From the NCBI GenBank assembly GCA_964201665.1, contig CAXNEW010000002.1:9807-73806 (forward strand): 64,000 bases of DNA, read 5' to 3'. This DNA comes from Bdellovibrionota bacterium. Lineage in GTDB: Bacteria > Bdellovibrionota > UBA2428. Below, piece by piece: positions 47,340 through 57,630 of this stretch (position 1 is the stretch's first letter; each line of letters starts with the position of its first letter). A model generated the notes under the pieces. It was not told where the DNA came from, made no database searches, and worked only from the letters and a program-made list of their open reading frames with translations. Both the position numbers and the translations under genes were made by a program.

Positions 47340-49075
47340 TGGCTCGACTCAGGCTCACTTTTTTGGGCTTTGCTTTTTTTGTAAGTTTCGGGGTGGTTTT
47401 GTTTCGGGCCATGCGCCTTCAGCTTTTTCCTACCCAGGGAATCGAGCAAAGGGCCCAGCGCCAAATGAATACCCACGTTGAAATTGTAGGGCGGCGGGGG
47501 GCCGTTACCGATCGTCTTGGACGAGAGTTAGCAGTGAGTACAAATTCTCAGTCTATTTTTGTTAATCCTAAGCTTTTGAAGAACTCTAAAAAAGTAGCTA
47601 ATCGCCTAGGGAAAATCTTGGCTGTTGACCCCAAAGAAATTTCGAATCGGATAGAAAAAAATTCAGGGCGAAAATTTTTATGGATTGAGCGCCAACTTAA
47701 CAAGGCCCAACTCAAACGGCTCGAAAAACTTGGAATCACAGATCTTGAAGGGGTTGGCTTGCTGCCCGAGTACCGACGAGAATTTCCACAAGGGCCGCTT
47801 GCTGCTCACGTTGTGGGATTTGTGTCGGTTGATGGGCACGGGCTTGAAGGAATTGAAAAGCAGTTTAACGAAGAACTCTCAGGACTCACCCAACGTCTCT
47901 TAGTGAGTAGAGATGCCCTCGGTCGCCCCGTTTTTTCGCAGAAAGAGCAACTCCGTTTTGAACAAAACACAGGGTCCCGTGTTGAACTCACTTTAGATTC
48001 GCGCCTTCAGTATTCGGCAGAACAAGCACTTGAGGGCGCTGTACGTCAGAATCGCGCTGAAGGAGGATCCGTTATTGTTATGGATCCTCGAAATGGAGAA
48101 ATTCTGGCATTGGCTAATTTCCCAACTGTTGACTTAAATAAAGTCAAAGATTTTCCCACGCAGTTTCGACGAAATCGCGCCATCACAGATCCCATAGAAC
48201 CCGGAAGCGTAATTAAGCCATTGGTGGTGGCCAGGGCTCTTGAGGATAAAATTGTAAATTCAGAAACTGTTCTAAAAACGTGGGGCGGAACTCTTCGCGT
48301 TAAGGGACATCTCATTTCAGAATCTGACTCGAAACACTATTTTGAAAAAATGACCATTTCTGAAATTCTCAGGCTTTCAAGTAACGTGGGTATGGTAGTG
48401 CTGAAAGACCTTATGGGGTTTGCAAAAGTTGATGATACCTTTAAAAAAGTAGGAATCGGAAGTCGAACGGGTATTGAACTTTCGGGCGAATCCAAGGGGA
48501 TCTATCGGCCCCCCACAGCTGCCCAACTCGTAGAGCAGGCAACTCTTTCGTTTGGGCATGGTTTGGCAATGACCCCTCTGCAAATAGCTTCTGTTTACTC
48601 TACTCTTGCTAACGGCGGTTTTAGAGTTCGGCCGCATGTTATAAAACGCCTGGTCGAGGGAGAGGTTGATGGATTTACAGGATTTGAAACTCCGGAATCC
48701 GATTTGCGAGAGAAAGTTTTTTCCTCTGAAACGATGCGAATACTAGGGGGCCTTTTAACAAATGTTGTTGAAGCTGAGGGCACAGGGGGGCAGGCTCGCG
48801 TTGAGGGCTTTCAGGTCGCCGGAAAAACAGGAACCTCGCAAAGGGTGGATTACGAAAAAGGTGGATACGAGTCGGGTGCCTATATTTCTATATTTTCGGG
48901 TTTTTTTCCTGCGAAATCTCCGAGGTTTGTGATTACTGTGGTTATAGATAAACCTTCTGCGGGTTCTTACTATGGCGGTAAGGTGGCGGCTCCTGTTTTT
49001 TCGCAAATTGCCCGAGATGCTGCTCGGCTGGGCCTTTCGCATTCCGATAGAAAAATCCCACCGTTGTCGCGATAG
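47339..49075 (+). CDS. ftsI: Peptidoglycan D,D-transpeptidase FtsI (PBP3)
   Basis: N-terminal TM, PBP dimerization domain, and SxxK (GSVIKP), SxN and KTG (AGKTGT) motifs. Confidence 0.85.
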   Translation: MARLRLTFLGFAFFVSFGVVLFRAMRLQLFPTQGIEQRAQRQMNTHVEIVGRRGAVTDRLGRELAVSTNSQSIFVNPKLLKNSKKVANRLGKILAVDPKEISNRIEKNSGRKFLWIERQLNKAQLKRLEKLGITDLEGVGLLPEYRREFPQGPLAAHVVGFVSVDGHGLEGIEKQFNEELSGLTQRLLVSRDALGRPVFSQKEQLRFEQNTGSRVELTLDSRLQYSAEQALEGAVRQNRAEGGSVIVMDPRNGEILALANFPTVDLNKVKDFPTQFRRNRAITDPIEPGSVIKPLVVARALEDKIVNSETVLKTWGGTLRVKGHLISESDSKHYFEKMTISEILRLSSNVGMVVLKDLMGFAKVDDTFKKVGIGSRTGIELSGESKGIYRPPTAAQLVEQATLSFGHGLAMTPLQIASVYSTLANGGFRVRPHVIKRLVEGEVDGFTGFETPESDLREKVFSSETMRILGGLLTNVVEAEGTGGQARVEGFQVAGKTGTSQRVDYEKGGYESGAYISIFSGFFPAKSPRFVITVVIDKPSAGSYYGGKVAAPVFSQIARDAARLGLSHSDRKIPPLSR

Positions 49076-49114
49076 GTTTGCAGCCTTTCCTGAGGCAAAG
49101 TACTTTAGCTTTAA

Positions 49115-50605
49115 ATGTTCGATAAATTTCCCGAAATTGTTTTTGAAGGCCGTCGACTTATTTGGGATTCCAGACAAGTGCCTAATTCACAGGGCGAGTG
49201 GGTTTTTATACCCGATGATTCCTGGGTGAATGCAGAAATTAAACAAAAGTTACTTTCTCGAACTAACGCCAAATTCATAGGCGGAATTGGGACTGGCCTC
49301 GATCTCGAAGTCCCTAATCCAAGAAACCTTTTGGGAGAATGGGCGAGTTTAGCCCTTGGCGAACCCAGCAGAAAACTTAAGGTTCTTGGTGTAACGGGTA
49401 CAAATGGAAAAACAACTTCGACTGCGATTTTAAGGGCTCTTGCTCTGGCGACTGGTGAAAATGTGTGCGAACTCGGCACCTTGGGATTGCAATTGTGGGA
49501 ATCAAAAAATCCAAATTTCCCGACAGAAATAATTTCTACCGGGTTTACCACTCCAGAGGCGCCACAGCTTCATTTTCTGTTTTCACAGTTAATCAAAAAA
49601 AATGTGAAGGTTGTGGTTATGGAAGTGAGCTCTCATGCTTCAACGCTTGGGAGAATCTCGGGGGTCGATTTTGATGGAATGGTTTTTACTAATCTCACCC
49701 AGGACCATTTGGACTTTCATGAAACCCTTGAAAAATATGCTCTAGCAAAAATGAAGTTGTTTACAGATTTCTTGCCGCTTTCAAACAATCAAAGTTCAAA
49801 AATAGAAATTTCAAAAAAAAGTAAATTTGCGATTTTGAATCTTGGGGGGGACATTGCGTACCCTTTCAGTGCAGAAGTTCAAGGGCAGATACCTAAATCA
49901 GTTCGAGTCCAAAAGTTTACATCTGGAATTGATTTTAAAATCATAAATGAAACGGATTTAGGAATTGAAATTGATATTCAAAAGCAAGGGCCTTTGGAGC
50001 GGGTTGGGCGAGTTCAAATTCCTTTGCTAGGGGCCTACAATGCCGAAAATTTTTTCGGTGCTTACTTGCTCGCCAGTCAGGTTTTTCCAAATCTTTTGAA
50101 TTTTAATTTGCAAGATTCAGTTAGGAATTTTTCTGGAGTTAGCGGCCGAATGGAAAGTGTCAAAACCGGATCCCGGGTGTGGGTGGATTACGCACACACC
50201 CCCGATGCCTTAGAAAAATCTCTAAGAACCTTAGTGGATTTAAAGCAAAACAAAGAAAAAATTTGGATAGTTTTTGGGTGCGGTGGTGATCGCGACCGCA
50301 GTAAGCGGCCTCTAATGGGTAGAGTGGCGTCCCAACTTGCCGACGTAATTGTTTTGACTTCAGACAATCCTCGATCTGAGGACCCCAATCAAATTATTGC
50401 TGAAGTTAAGAATGGAATTTTGAATTCGACTTCGCAAAATTTTTACAGTGAGGTCGATAGGAAAAGGGCCATAGAGTACGCAATCAAAAGCCGAGCTCAT
50501 GGAGACTTTGTTCTCATCGCAGGAAAGGGGCATGAATCCGTCCAAATTTTTGCAGATAAAACGATTGAGTTTTCAGATCAAAAAATAGCCCGAGATTTTC
50601 TTTGA
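49115..50605 (+). CDS. murE: UDP-N-acetylmuramoyl-tripeptide ligase MurE
   Basis: GVTGTNGKTT P-loop, Mur ligase middle and C-terminal domains, and the DNPR motif (LTSDNPRSEDP). Confidence 0.9.
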   Translation: MFDKFPEIVFEGRRLIWDSRQVPNSQGEWVFIPDDSWVNAEIKQKLLSRTNAKFIGGIGTGLDLEVPNPRNLLGEWASLALGEPSRKLKVLGVTGTNGKTTSTAILRALALATGENVCELGTLGLQLWESKNPNFPTEIISTGFTTPEAPQLHFLFSQLIKKNVKVVVMEVSSHASTLGRISGVDFDGMVFTNLTQDHLDFHETLEKYALAKMKLFTDFLPLSNNQSSKIEISKKSKFAILNLGGDIAYPFSAEVQGQIPKSVRVQKFTSGIDFKIINETDLGIEIDIQKQGPLERVGRVQIPLLGAYNAENFFGAYLLASQVFPNLLNFNLQDSVRNFSGVSGRMESVKTGSRVWVDYAHTPDALEKSLRTLVDLKQNKEKIWIVFGCGGDRDRSKRPLMGRVASQLADVIVLTSDNPRSEDPNQIIAEVKNGILNSTSQNFYSEVDRKRAIEYAIKSRAHGDFVLIAGKGHESVQIFADKTIEFSDQKIARDFL

Positions 50606-50700
50606 ATGGAGATCTCTCACTTCGTTCTCTATGACCGCATTTCCCGTCATCCCGAACGAATGTGAGGGATCCCCCCGAGCTTGGCAGCTGACTACATCGG
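50606..50700. repeat. REP-like palindromic unit downstream of murE
   Basis: GAGATCTCTCACTTCGTTC ... GAACGAATGTGAGGGATCCCCCCGAGCTTGGCAGCTG. Confidence 0.5.
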
Positions 50701-50764
50701 AAATGAACACTTTCTGAACCTTATCTTAATTTTTCGAGCTTAAGTTTTAACTTAAAATATTCCC

Positions 50765-52498
50765 ATGGCTCATTTAATTTTTGTTTTCTTGTTTATCGGA
50801 CTTACCGGTTGTTTCCAGCTTGATGTTGGCGTGCAGTCAGTGACTGCGGACTCTGCGGGATCCGCTCAAGAAGAAAATCAAAATGGCAATGTCGATCCGG
50901 TTGCTCCTGTTGCTCCGGGGGCTCCACCTGTAACGGTGCCAGTGACCCCTCCAGGAAGTGGTGCTGGTGGCAATCCTCCCGCCCCTGTTGTTGTCACCCC
51001 TCAAAACCCTGGAATGATCATTGACCCCACTCCCGCCGGTGCGCCTGTGAGTTATACCTTTTCGAATTTCCCTGTTTCCATGGGCACTACGTTGAGTTTT
51101 GGTGGTGTTGTTTTTGAATTTAGTCAGCCAGTGAGTTTTGGTAATTTTGTTACCGGAAGTACGGTGTATACGGGTGAACCCTGGGTCGTTGTGCCAAACG
51201 GGACCACAGTTACCATTAAGGTCTCGTCCAGTACGCCAGTAGGTGTCGAAATCAATCCGCGTACTCCTTTGAGGCAGGGATATCATTCGGGTGCCCCAAG
51301 GTATGATTCAAATCTTTCAACACCGGTGGATAAAATTGAAGTTGTCGGTGGTCAAATCCAAACTATTATTGTTGCTAAACATTTTTCAGGTAGCGCTCCG
51401 CTGGTTTCGGGAGAAGCACCGTATCTACGATATCGATATGTCGATAGACAAATAGCACTTTCAGTTTTGAATGCGGTCCCCCCTTGCGGTGGGGGCTGTG
51501 CGCTAAGACCCGCTTATTCTGGTAACCCCAATACCAAAACAGTATGGGATTTACGTGATTTTGATTTTTCCAAAATCGTGACCAATCGCGCAATTCCGCA
51601 GTATCTGCCCTCACCGGAACCTATTTACAATGAGATGGCTCGAGCCTTTAATTTTGATTATTCATTTAATCTATCAAGCGGATATGAGGTTTTAGGAGTT
51701 CAGAACGTGCCCCAAGGGTACGGTGCCCAGGCGGCGGGTCGTCGGGCAGTGCTCGCTGAGTTTGGTATGAATTTATCAACTCCTTTTGAACAACGACTTC
51801 GCTACCAACTTTATCTTTTGCAATACGGCGCCGACATCGCTCATTCGATAATCTACGGGAACATGTCATTTAACGAGGGTGGTGGGCACGGCCACGGTCG
51901 GGCGGCACCTTTTGCAATGTTTGCTGCGGCTTCTGGAAACGCGATTATTAAAGATGCAGCCAGATTTTGGATTCGTCTGCGTCCGAGTAGGGACGCCTAC
52001 ATGCCCTACAACAACGTGAATACCGGATTGCCTATGGTTGACGCAGGCTCTGGTGGATTCGGGGACATAAGTTTTATTTATGAATCAACCACTCCCGTTG
52101 CGGGGCAGCCCCGAATCCTTTGGGGATATGTCAATCAGTTTGGAAATGTCAGTCATGATCCCAATGGATTTATCGATGGAGGGCATTACAATATTGCCTC
52201 GGCTAATCCCTATTCTGGCTATTATGAAACTATAAATTCAGGAACAGCGACACTCATGAATTGGGTTGAGGCCAATCCGGCCATGGCGGAATTGGTGGAC
52301 GCTCGAATCGGTGAGTTTGCTCACCGTTATGCGACCGTTGGAACACACACCCTTCCAGATCCTCAAGCGGGCACAAGGCCTCATCTCGGTCAGCACCATG
52401 GGAGAAGAATTTATGATGGAGCCAATATTTTTATTCAACCTGTGTGCCAATATTTACAAAGGCACTCGGCTCCGAATTATTCGGGATGCCCTCAGTAG
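50765..52498 (+). CDS. Pro-rich lipoprotein (hypothetical)
   Basis: Lipobox FIGLTGC. N-terminal PVAPVAPGAPPVTVPVTPPGSG low-complexity region, then a ~450-aa globular part with no recognized motif. Confidence 0.5.
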   Translation: MAHLIFVFLFIGLTGCFQLDVGVQSVTADSAGSAQEENQNGNVDPVAPVAPGAPPVTVPVTPPGSGAGGNPPAPVVVTPQNPGMIIDPTPAGAPVSYTFSNFPVSMGTTLSFGGVVFEFSQPVSFGNFVTGSTVYTGEPWVVVPNGTTVTIKVSSSTPVGVEINPRTPLRQGYHSGAPRYDSNLSTPVDKIEVVGGQIQTIIVAKHFSGSAPLVSGEAPYLRYRYVDRQIALSVLNAVPPCGGGCALRPAYSGNPNTKTVWDLRDFDFSKIVTNRAIPQYLPSPEPIYNEMARAFNFDYSFNLSSGYEVLGVQNVPQGYGAQAAGRRAVLAEFGMNLSTPFEQRLRYQLYLLQYGADIAHSIIYGNMSFNEGGGHGHGRAAPFAMFAAASGNAIIKDAARFWIRLRPSRDAYMPYNNVNTGLPMVDAGSGGFGDISFIYESTTPVAGQPRILWGYVNQFGNVSHDPNGFIDGGHYNIASANPYSGYYETINSGTATLMNWVEANPAMAELVDARIGEFAHRYATVGTHTLPDPQAGTRPHLGQHHGRRIYDGANIFIQPVCQYLQRHSAPNYSGCPQ

Positions 52499-52563
52499 AC
52501 TCACTAAAAAATATTAACACAAAATTAATCAAACTCGCTCTTCAAGTTTGTCATAATGATGGA

Positions 52564-54462
52564 ATGCAAGGCTTTCGCTCTTTGCTTTTTTCTTTGCGAA
52601 ATGGAATCGGGATTTTTTCCCTTGTTTTAACTGTGTCCTGCGGCAACGACGCGCTTTTTGAAAAATACGAACAGGCTGCACGCAAACAGGACGCTCTGGA
52701 TTCGCTTACACAAGAACTTTTCTTGCGGAGTCCGATAATCGACAGCAATGGTAGAATCGTCACTGCTGATCAGGACCCCGATCGAGTTCCAAGGTCCCAA
52801 GTTGAGATTTTGGGCTTGCTTGATTTAATGAAGCCCCTGGAGGCCGAATATCTAAAGGTCTACCAGTCGAGTTCCAGAAAACGAGCCCCGACATTTTTTG
52901 AATGGGCTGGAAGGCGAATTCCCTGGGAAAACCCCGATTTTCAAATTTTTATGGCTTATTTCCATGGCATGCGCGCGATGGATTATTTTAAGGCAATTTC
53001 GTCTCAACCCATTGAATGGAATTTTTTAGTCGAAGGACAAAGTTCATTAAATTCCAAGCTTGCAATTTTCGCTAGTCAAACGGGTTCCCCCTTTGACACT
53101 TCCTATGACTTTCTTGCAAAAGAAATTAATTTTTATTCAAGCGGTGAGGGTGAACTTGGTAAATATAATCCAGTTGATGAGTCAGACGCCATTTATCACG
53201 AGGTCGGACATGTGGCTATGCACGCTCTTAGGGCAGCACTTGTAACTCTTCCGCCGGGCTTAAATTCTGATCTGGATTCAATTCAAGAGGCCATTTCTGA
53301 TTTTCTTGCAGCCGCAGTTTCAGGCGATGACTCTGTTTTGACCTACTTTTCGGCTAATGCTCAAAGCCTGGGGGTGACCGATTCCCGAACACTTAATCCT
53401 CAAATACGTACCCTCGACAACGACCTTTATTTTCCTAAAGCCTATCGCAATGATGTTTACCTGGATGCTCGCGTGGTTGCCTCAGCTTTAAATGATTTAC
53501 GACGCTACCTTACTGGAGAAAACATCAAGCAATTGAGTCGATGTTCGGGTTCAGCCTGCAACATAGAACTTATTAACCCTGCCATCACGAGGGATGAGGC
53601 TTTTGTAAAGGTTTCGAATTTAGCCTTGTCTGCCTTTGTTGACTTACTTGAAGGGTCTACGTTTCAAGATTATGGCCGCACACTTTTTTCATATTGTTCG
53701 AGCCCACTCTTTTGCCCAGGGACCGAAACGGCTGAAGTTTTTAGAAGAATTTTAGTGGGTCGGGGTCTTTTAAGTCCTCTTTCGCCGGCGCTTCTGTCTA
53801 GCCCCGCTGACATCATTTGGAATTCGGATCCGTTAATTGCCGATCTTGTAGTTTCACAAGACGTGGGTTTTATGGAATTTCCTGGGGACCCGGGATTTTC
53901 AAACGAAAATGGTGTCATCGAACCTTGTGAAGTTCTTCTGATTTTTCCGAAAGTCAAAAACAACACTGCTGCCAGATCGCGATCTCTTGCGCTGAGGGGT
54001 TGGGAAATAGAACTTGGCGGCGTAACGGGATTTGGTGAATTTAAAAATCCGGCCACAAATCAGGCCGTTGAAAGAATCACGGTTTCTGGTTCAAATAAAC
54101 CGGAAATTAAGTTTTTTGGATGGTTTGACCCCGGTGAAAATTCTTTAGATTCAACAGAGTTAATTCGAAACTCGGATTCTATTTGGTACCAGGAAGCCGG
54201 GGGATCCTATTTTGCTCGTAAAATTTCGTTAAATGAGTTTCCGTCAGCAGTAGGCTGGCTGGTTCGAGCCCCCTCGCAAGCAGGAGCCATTGCGACTGCT
54301 CGTTTTAAAATGACTGCGCAAATCGATAATTCGAGTCAATTTTTGGAAATCTCCAGCGATAATCCAAACGTCCTCGAAGATACTTTTATTCGTCCCAATG
54401 GGGTTGATTTTCCCTCTCTCCAGGTTTCTGCGGTTCCTGCAAAAAGTTTTTGCCAAAATTAA
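52564..54462 (+). CDS. Putative zinc metalloprotease lipoprotein (HEXXH)
   Basis: Lipobox LVLTVSC. DAIYHEVGHVAMH contains an HEXXH zinc-binding motif. Start placed at MQGFRS to remove the overlap with the upstream gene. Confidence 0.5.
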   Translation: MQGFRSLLFSLRNGIGIFSLVLTVSCGNDALFEKYEQAARKQDALDSLTQELFLRSPIIDSNGRIVTADQDPDRVPRSQVEILGLLDLMKPLEAEYLKVYQSSSRKRAPTFFEWAGRRIPWENPDFQIFMAYFHGMRAMDYFKAISSQPIEWNFLVEGQSSLNSKLAIFASQTGSPFDTSYDFLAKEINFYSSGEGELGKYNPVDESDAIYHEVGHVAMHALRAALVTLPPGLNSDLDSIQEAISDFLAAAVSGDDSVLTYFSANAQSLGVTDSRTLNPQIRTLDNDLYFPKAYRNDVYLDARVVASALNDLRRYLTGENIKQLSRCSGSACNIELINPAITRDEAFVKVSNLALSAFVDLLEGSTFQDYGRTLFSYCSSPLFCPGTETAEVFRRILVGRGLLSPLSPALLSSPADIIWNSDPLIADLVVSQDVGFMEFPGDPGFSNENGVIEPCEVLLIFPKVKNNTAARSRSLALRGWEIELGGVTGFGEFKNPATNQAVERITVSGSNKPEIKFFGWFDPGENSLDSTELIRNSDSIWYQEAGGSYFARKISLNEFPSAVGWLVRAPSQAGAIATARFKMTAQIDNSSQFLEISSDNPNVLEDTFIRPNGVDFPSLQVSAVPAKSFCQN

Positions 54463-54528
54463 TGCTCCTTTCTGAATTCTCCTAAAAACCATTCGCCCTT
54501 AATTCTGAGTAATGGTATTTTTTAGGTC

Positions 54529-55665
54529 ATGAGTATCCCGTCAGTTAAGGCGCTGCCTTTTGTCGATTTAGCCCACCAACAAGACTTAATTCGTCCGGAA
54601 GTTATGGCCCGAATCGAAAAGGTTTTAAATCATGGTCAGTATATTTTGGGGCCCGAAATTGCGGAACTCGAAAAGGCACTCGCAGATTTTGTTGAAGTAG
54701 AACATTGCATCTCGTGCTCAAGTGGGACCGATGCCTTGCTCATGGCCATGATGGCTCTTGGAATTGGCGCTGGGGATGAAGTGATCACGACTCCATTTAC
54801 TTTTTTTGCGACCGGCGAAATGATCGAGCTTCTTGGGGCTCAGGCCGTTTTTGCGGATATTGATCCTAAAACTTACAATATCGATCCCAAGCAGATCGAA
54901 AAATTGATCGGACCAAAAACGAAGGCCATTGTCCCAGTAAGTCTCTATGGGCAATGCGCAGATTTTAAGGAAATTTCTGAAATCGCTGCACGCCACAAAA
55001 TAGAAGTTATTGAGGACGCTGCCCAAAGTTTTGGGGGTGAATATTTTGGAAAAAAATCCTGCGCACTTTCGAGAATTAGCTGCACAAGCTTTTTTCCAGC
55101 CAAACCCTTGGGTGGCTATGGAGACAGTGGCGCCTGTTTTACAACGGACGCTGATCTTGCCAAGGCTTTGCTTGAAATTCGTAACCACGGGCAATCTAAA
55201 CGCTATGTGCATACCCGCCTTGGAATCAACGGCCGAATGGATACCCTTCAGGCTGCAATTCTGTTGGCCAAATTAGAAATTTTTTCGGGTGAGCTTGATT
55301 TGCGTGATCAGGTTGCAAAAAAGTTTTCAAAAATTTTAAACGAAAAATTAGGCGAAAAAATACAGTTACCCTTTATTAAATCTCACAATCGAAGTGCATG
55401 GGCGCAGTTTACAATTGAGGTTTCAAATCGGACTCAGGTCATGGAGAGGCTTACCCAATTAGGAATTCCCACGGCCGTACACTATCCGGTGACCCTACCT
55501 CGTCAGCCCTTGTTTCAGAAGTATTTTGATAAAGAAAACGCGCCCCATTTTCCGGTTGCTGAAAAAGCTTCCGAAAGGGTTATGAGCCTCCCCATGCATC
55601 CTTATTTGAGTGAGGCTGATATGAATCGAATTGCCGACGGCCTGGCAGCCGCCCTAAGGGCCTAA
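54529..55665 (+). CDS. DegT/DnrJ/EryC1/StrS-family PLP-dependent sugar aminotransferase
   Basis: Typical layout including FFPAKPLGGYGDSGA (PLP Lys region). 378 aa. Confidence 0.85.
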   Translation: MSIPSVKALPFVDLAHQQDLIRPEVMARIEKVLNHGQYILGPEIAELEKALADFVEVEHCISCSSGTDALLMAMMALGIGAGDEVITTPFTFFATGEMIELLGAQAVFADIDPKTYNIDPKQIEKLIGPKTKAIVPVSLYGQCADFKEISEIAARHKIEVIEDAAQSFGGEYFGKKSCALSRISCTSFFPAKPLGGYGDSGACFTTDADLAKALLEIRNHGQSKRYVHTRLGINGRMDTLQAAILLAKLEIFSGELDLRDQVAKKFSKILNEKLGEKIQLPFIKSHNRSAWAQFTIEVSNRTQVMERLTQLGIPTAVHYPVTLPRQPLFQKYFDKENAPHFPVAEKASERVMSLPMHPYLSEADMNRIADGLAAALRA

Positions 55666-55674
55666 GCCGCACCG

Positions 55675-55745
55675 GTAATCCCGAGAGTACCCGTCATCAC
55701 GAACGAAGTGAGGGATCCCCCCGTTTCTTGGCAACCAACTTTTTT
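55675..55745. repeat. REP-like unit downstream of the aminotransferase gene
   Basis: CCCGTCATCACGAACGAAGTGAGGGATCCCCCC (inverted orientation of the core). Confidence 0.5.
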
Positions 55746-55874
55746 AACCCAATCTTAACCTGTTTATAATCAAATCTTGTTTTGTTGTTTGGGTAGAGAA
55801 TCATTAAACTTAAGCTTCAAGGAAATGTTCCGATACGTTTATGGATACAGCAAAAGATTGAAAAAGAGGAATTT

Positions 55875-56078
55875 ATGAAAAAACACCTTAAGAAAAACAA
55901 AACTAAACTATCTGCAAAAAGTGGCCAAAGCTCTGTTGAATACTTGCTCATTATCGGAGCCATGGTTGCCATCGTAACAATTTTTGGTAGCACAATCCGA
56001 AACCGGATTGGCGGTATCACTGACAAATTGTTCTCAAACGTAGACTCCAGCATCAATAACCTGACCCAAGGCAAATAA
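55875..56078 (+). CDS. flp: Flp family pilin
   Basis: SAKSGQSSVEYLLIIGAMVAIVTIF. RBS AAGAGGAA. Confidence 0.75.
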   Translation: MKKHLKKNKTKLSAKSGQSSVEYLLIIGAMVAIVTIFGSTIRNRIGGITDKLFSNVDSSINNLTQGK

Positions 56079-56095
56079 CTTATTCGAGGTTCACT

Positions 56096-56308
56096 ATGGG
56101 CTTAGTCCGAAGAAAAACTCGAAGTTTTTCTTCGGGCCAGGCCCTTATTGAATATGTTCTACTTGTTGCCCTTCTTTCGGGCCTTTCGTTGGCTTTTGTT
56201 CGTTTTTTTACATCCGATCTTTTTCGACCCGGTCTTAACCGACTTCCAGCCAAAGTAAATCTCTGTGTTTCGCACTCCCGAGAGGCAGGCACCAATGGTT
56301 GTCGGTAA
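56096..56308 (+). CDS. Flp-like pilin paralog 2
   Basis: RSFSSGQALIEYVLLVALLSGLSLAFV. Confidence 0.5.
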   Translation: MGLVRRKTRSFSSGQALIEYVLLVALLSGLSLAFVRFFTSDLFRPGLNRLPAKVNLCVSHSREAGTNGCR

Positions 56309-56537
56309 ACTCCAAAGACCTCACAGAAAACGAGGCCAGACAGCCGTTGAGTATTTATTGCTAATGGCAGTGGTGGTTGGAGTTATAACTGTTTTTCAAC
56401 AATTTTTTGTTGATAACCTCGTGGAGGATATTGAAAAGGTTAAGTTGAGTACTCAGTCGCGTGCGTGGAAGGGCGGGGCTAAGGACTTAAAAGAGCTATA
56501 CCGAAACGGATGTGGGAAATCTAATTTATGCCGTTAA
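56295..56537 (+). CDS. Flp-like pilin paralog 3
   Basis: HRKRGQTAVEYLLLMAVVVGVITVF. Start placed at MVVGK. Overlaps the previous gene by 14 nt. Confidence 0.5.
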   Translation: MVVGKLQRPHRKRGQTAVEYLLLMAVVVGVITVFQQFFVDNLVEDIEKVKLSTQSRAWKGGAKDLKELYRNGCGKSNLCR

Positions 56538-57175
56538 AGTTTATGCCATTGAAGTGTAAAAGTTCAAGAAAAGGTCAGACCCTAATTGAATTTGCTTTAG
56601 TATCTATCCTTTTTATTTTTCTTTTGGTGCTTACCTTTAATGCCATTCTTGCTTTTTCGGTTCAGCAGTATCTTTCCTACGCAACTTTCATGTCGGCTCG
56701 GGCTTATCAGGCTGCAGGGGACAATCCGGCAGACCAGGTCGCTCGAGCTCGGGGTATTTTGAGCCAGTTTATTCCAGGCCTACCGCCTGGAGGGACCGAC
56801 AATTTTGGAAGCCCGGGTATACCTATTCGATTTAGCCTTTTTCCGCGCCCGATTGCCTTTCTTCAGCAGATTCAGATTCCTAACCCACAACCCGGAGATG
56901 AAGGCTCTGGTATTCCAGACCCCCCGCGGGCGGTGCGTTTGGTTTTCAACATGCCTTTGGCGCAGATCCCATTGGGCCAACTTGTTCGCGAAAAACTGGG
57001 CCTGATACGCCTAGAATCTCAAAGTTTTTTGGGGCGCGAAGTATCAACCGAAGAGTGCAGGGGGTTTTTTCGAGGATTTTTGTCGGCCTATCGAATTCCG
57101 GGAGCTCCAGCCAATCACCAAAATTTTGTAGGTAGCCCGAGTTCATCGCTGCTCATGGAAGACAATGGTTGTTAG
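56528..57175 (+). CDS. TadE/TadG-like pseudopilin
   Basis: SRKGQTLIEFALVSILFIFLLVLTF N-terminal TadE motif. Confidence 0.55.
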   Translation: MPLKFMPLKCKSSRKGQTLIEFALVSILFIFLLVLTFNAILAFSVQQYLSYATFMSARAYQAAGDNPADQVARARGILSQFIPGLPPGGTDNFGSPGIPIRFSLFPRPIAFLQQIQIPNPQPGDEGSGIPDPPRAVRLVFNMPLAQIPLGQLVREKLGLIRLESQSFLGREVSTEECRGFFRGFLSAYRIPGAPANHQNFVGSPSSSLLMEDNGC

Positions 57176-57621
57176 TTATGAGTGATTTTAATAAAAAATC
57201 CGGACAAGCCCTCGTAGAGTTTTTACCCTCGATGGTTTTGTTTTTAATGGTAATCACAGCCGGGCTTTCCTATTTTCGAACAATGCGAGAAGCCACAATT
57301 CGCCAAGAGGTTGTACGCAATTTAGCCTTCGCTAAAATTTCAAACTCCGGAACCCTAACCACCCCACTTTCACAATCTCTAGGGGGGAGTTTGCTTTTTG
57401 AGGGTTCCCCTCAAGTGACAAATGTGGAAGCCATTCCCGCGGGTCAAAATGAAGGAGTCTTTGTGGGCCCTGGGGGCAATCCCCCGTGTTTTACCGTGAC
57501 TCCCGAGCAGGTCCAAAAAACTTTGACCCCCGGAGATGTCGTTGGAGTGGGTAGATTAAATCCAGTTACAATTACTACTTATGCCGTTGTTCATCGATAC
57601 CCCGGCGGCAATTGCCCTTAG
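57169..57621 (+). CDS. TadE-like pseudopilin
   Basis: KKSGQALVEFLPSMVLFLMVITAGL. Confidence 0.55.
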   Translation: MLVMSDFNKKSGQALVEFLPSMVLFLMVITAGLSYFRTMREATIRQEVVRNLAFAKISNSGTLTTPLSQSLGGSLLFEGSPQVTNVEAIPAGQNEGVFVGPGGNPPCFTVTPEQVQKTLTPGDVVGVGRLNPVTITTYAVVHRYPGGNCP

Positions 57622-57630
57622 GGTGTAATT

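Noticed and set aside
52444-52563. Upstream extension of the metalloprotease ORF that overlaps the preceding lipoprotein gene by 55 nt
   Set aside because: An internal ATG at 52564 gives a canonical lipoprotein signal (LVLTVSC) and removes the overlap.
55790-55840. Sigma-28-like promoter upstream of flp (TAAACTTA ... TCCGATAC)
   Set aside because: The spacer between the two elements is 16 nt rather than 11, which is a poor fit.
56080-56295. 71-aa minus-strand ORF antisense to the Flp paralogs
   Set aside because: Arg-rich antisense artefact with no signal or motif. It overlaps well-supported Flp-like genes.
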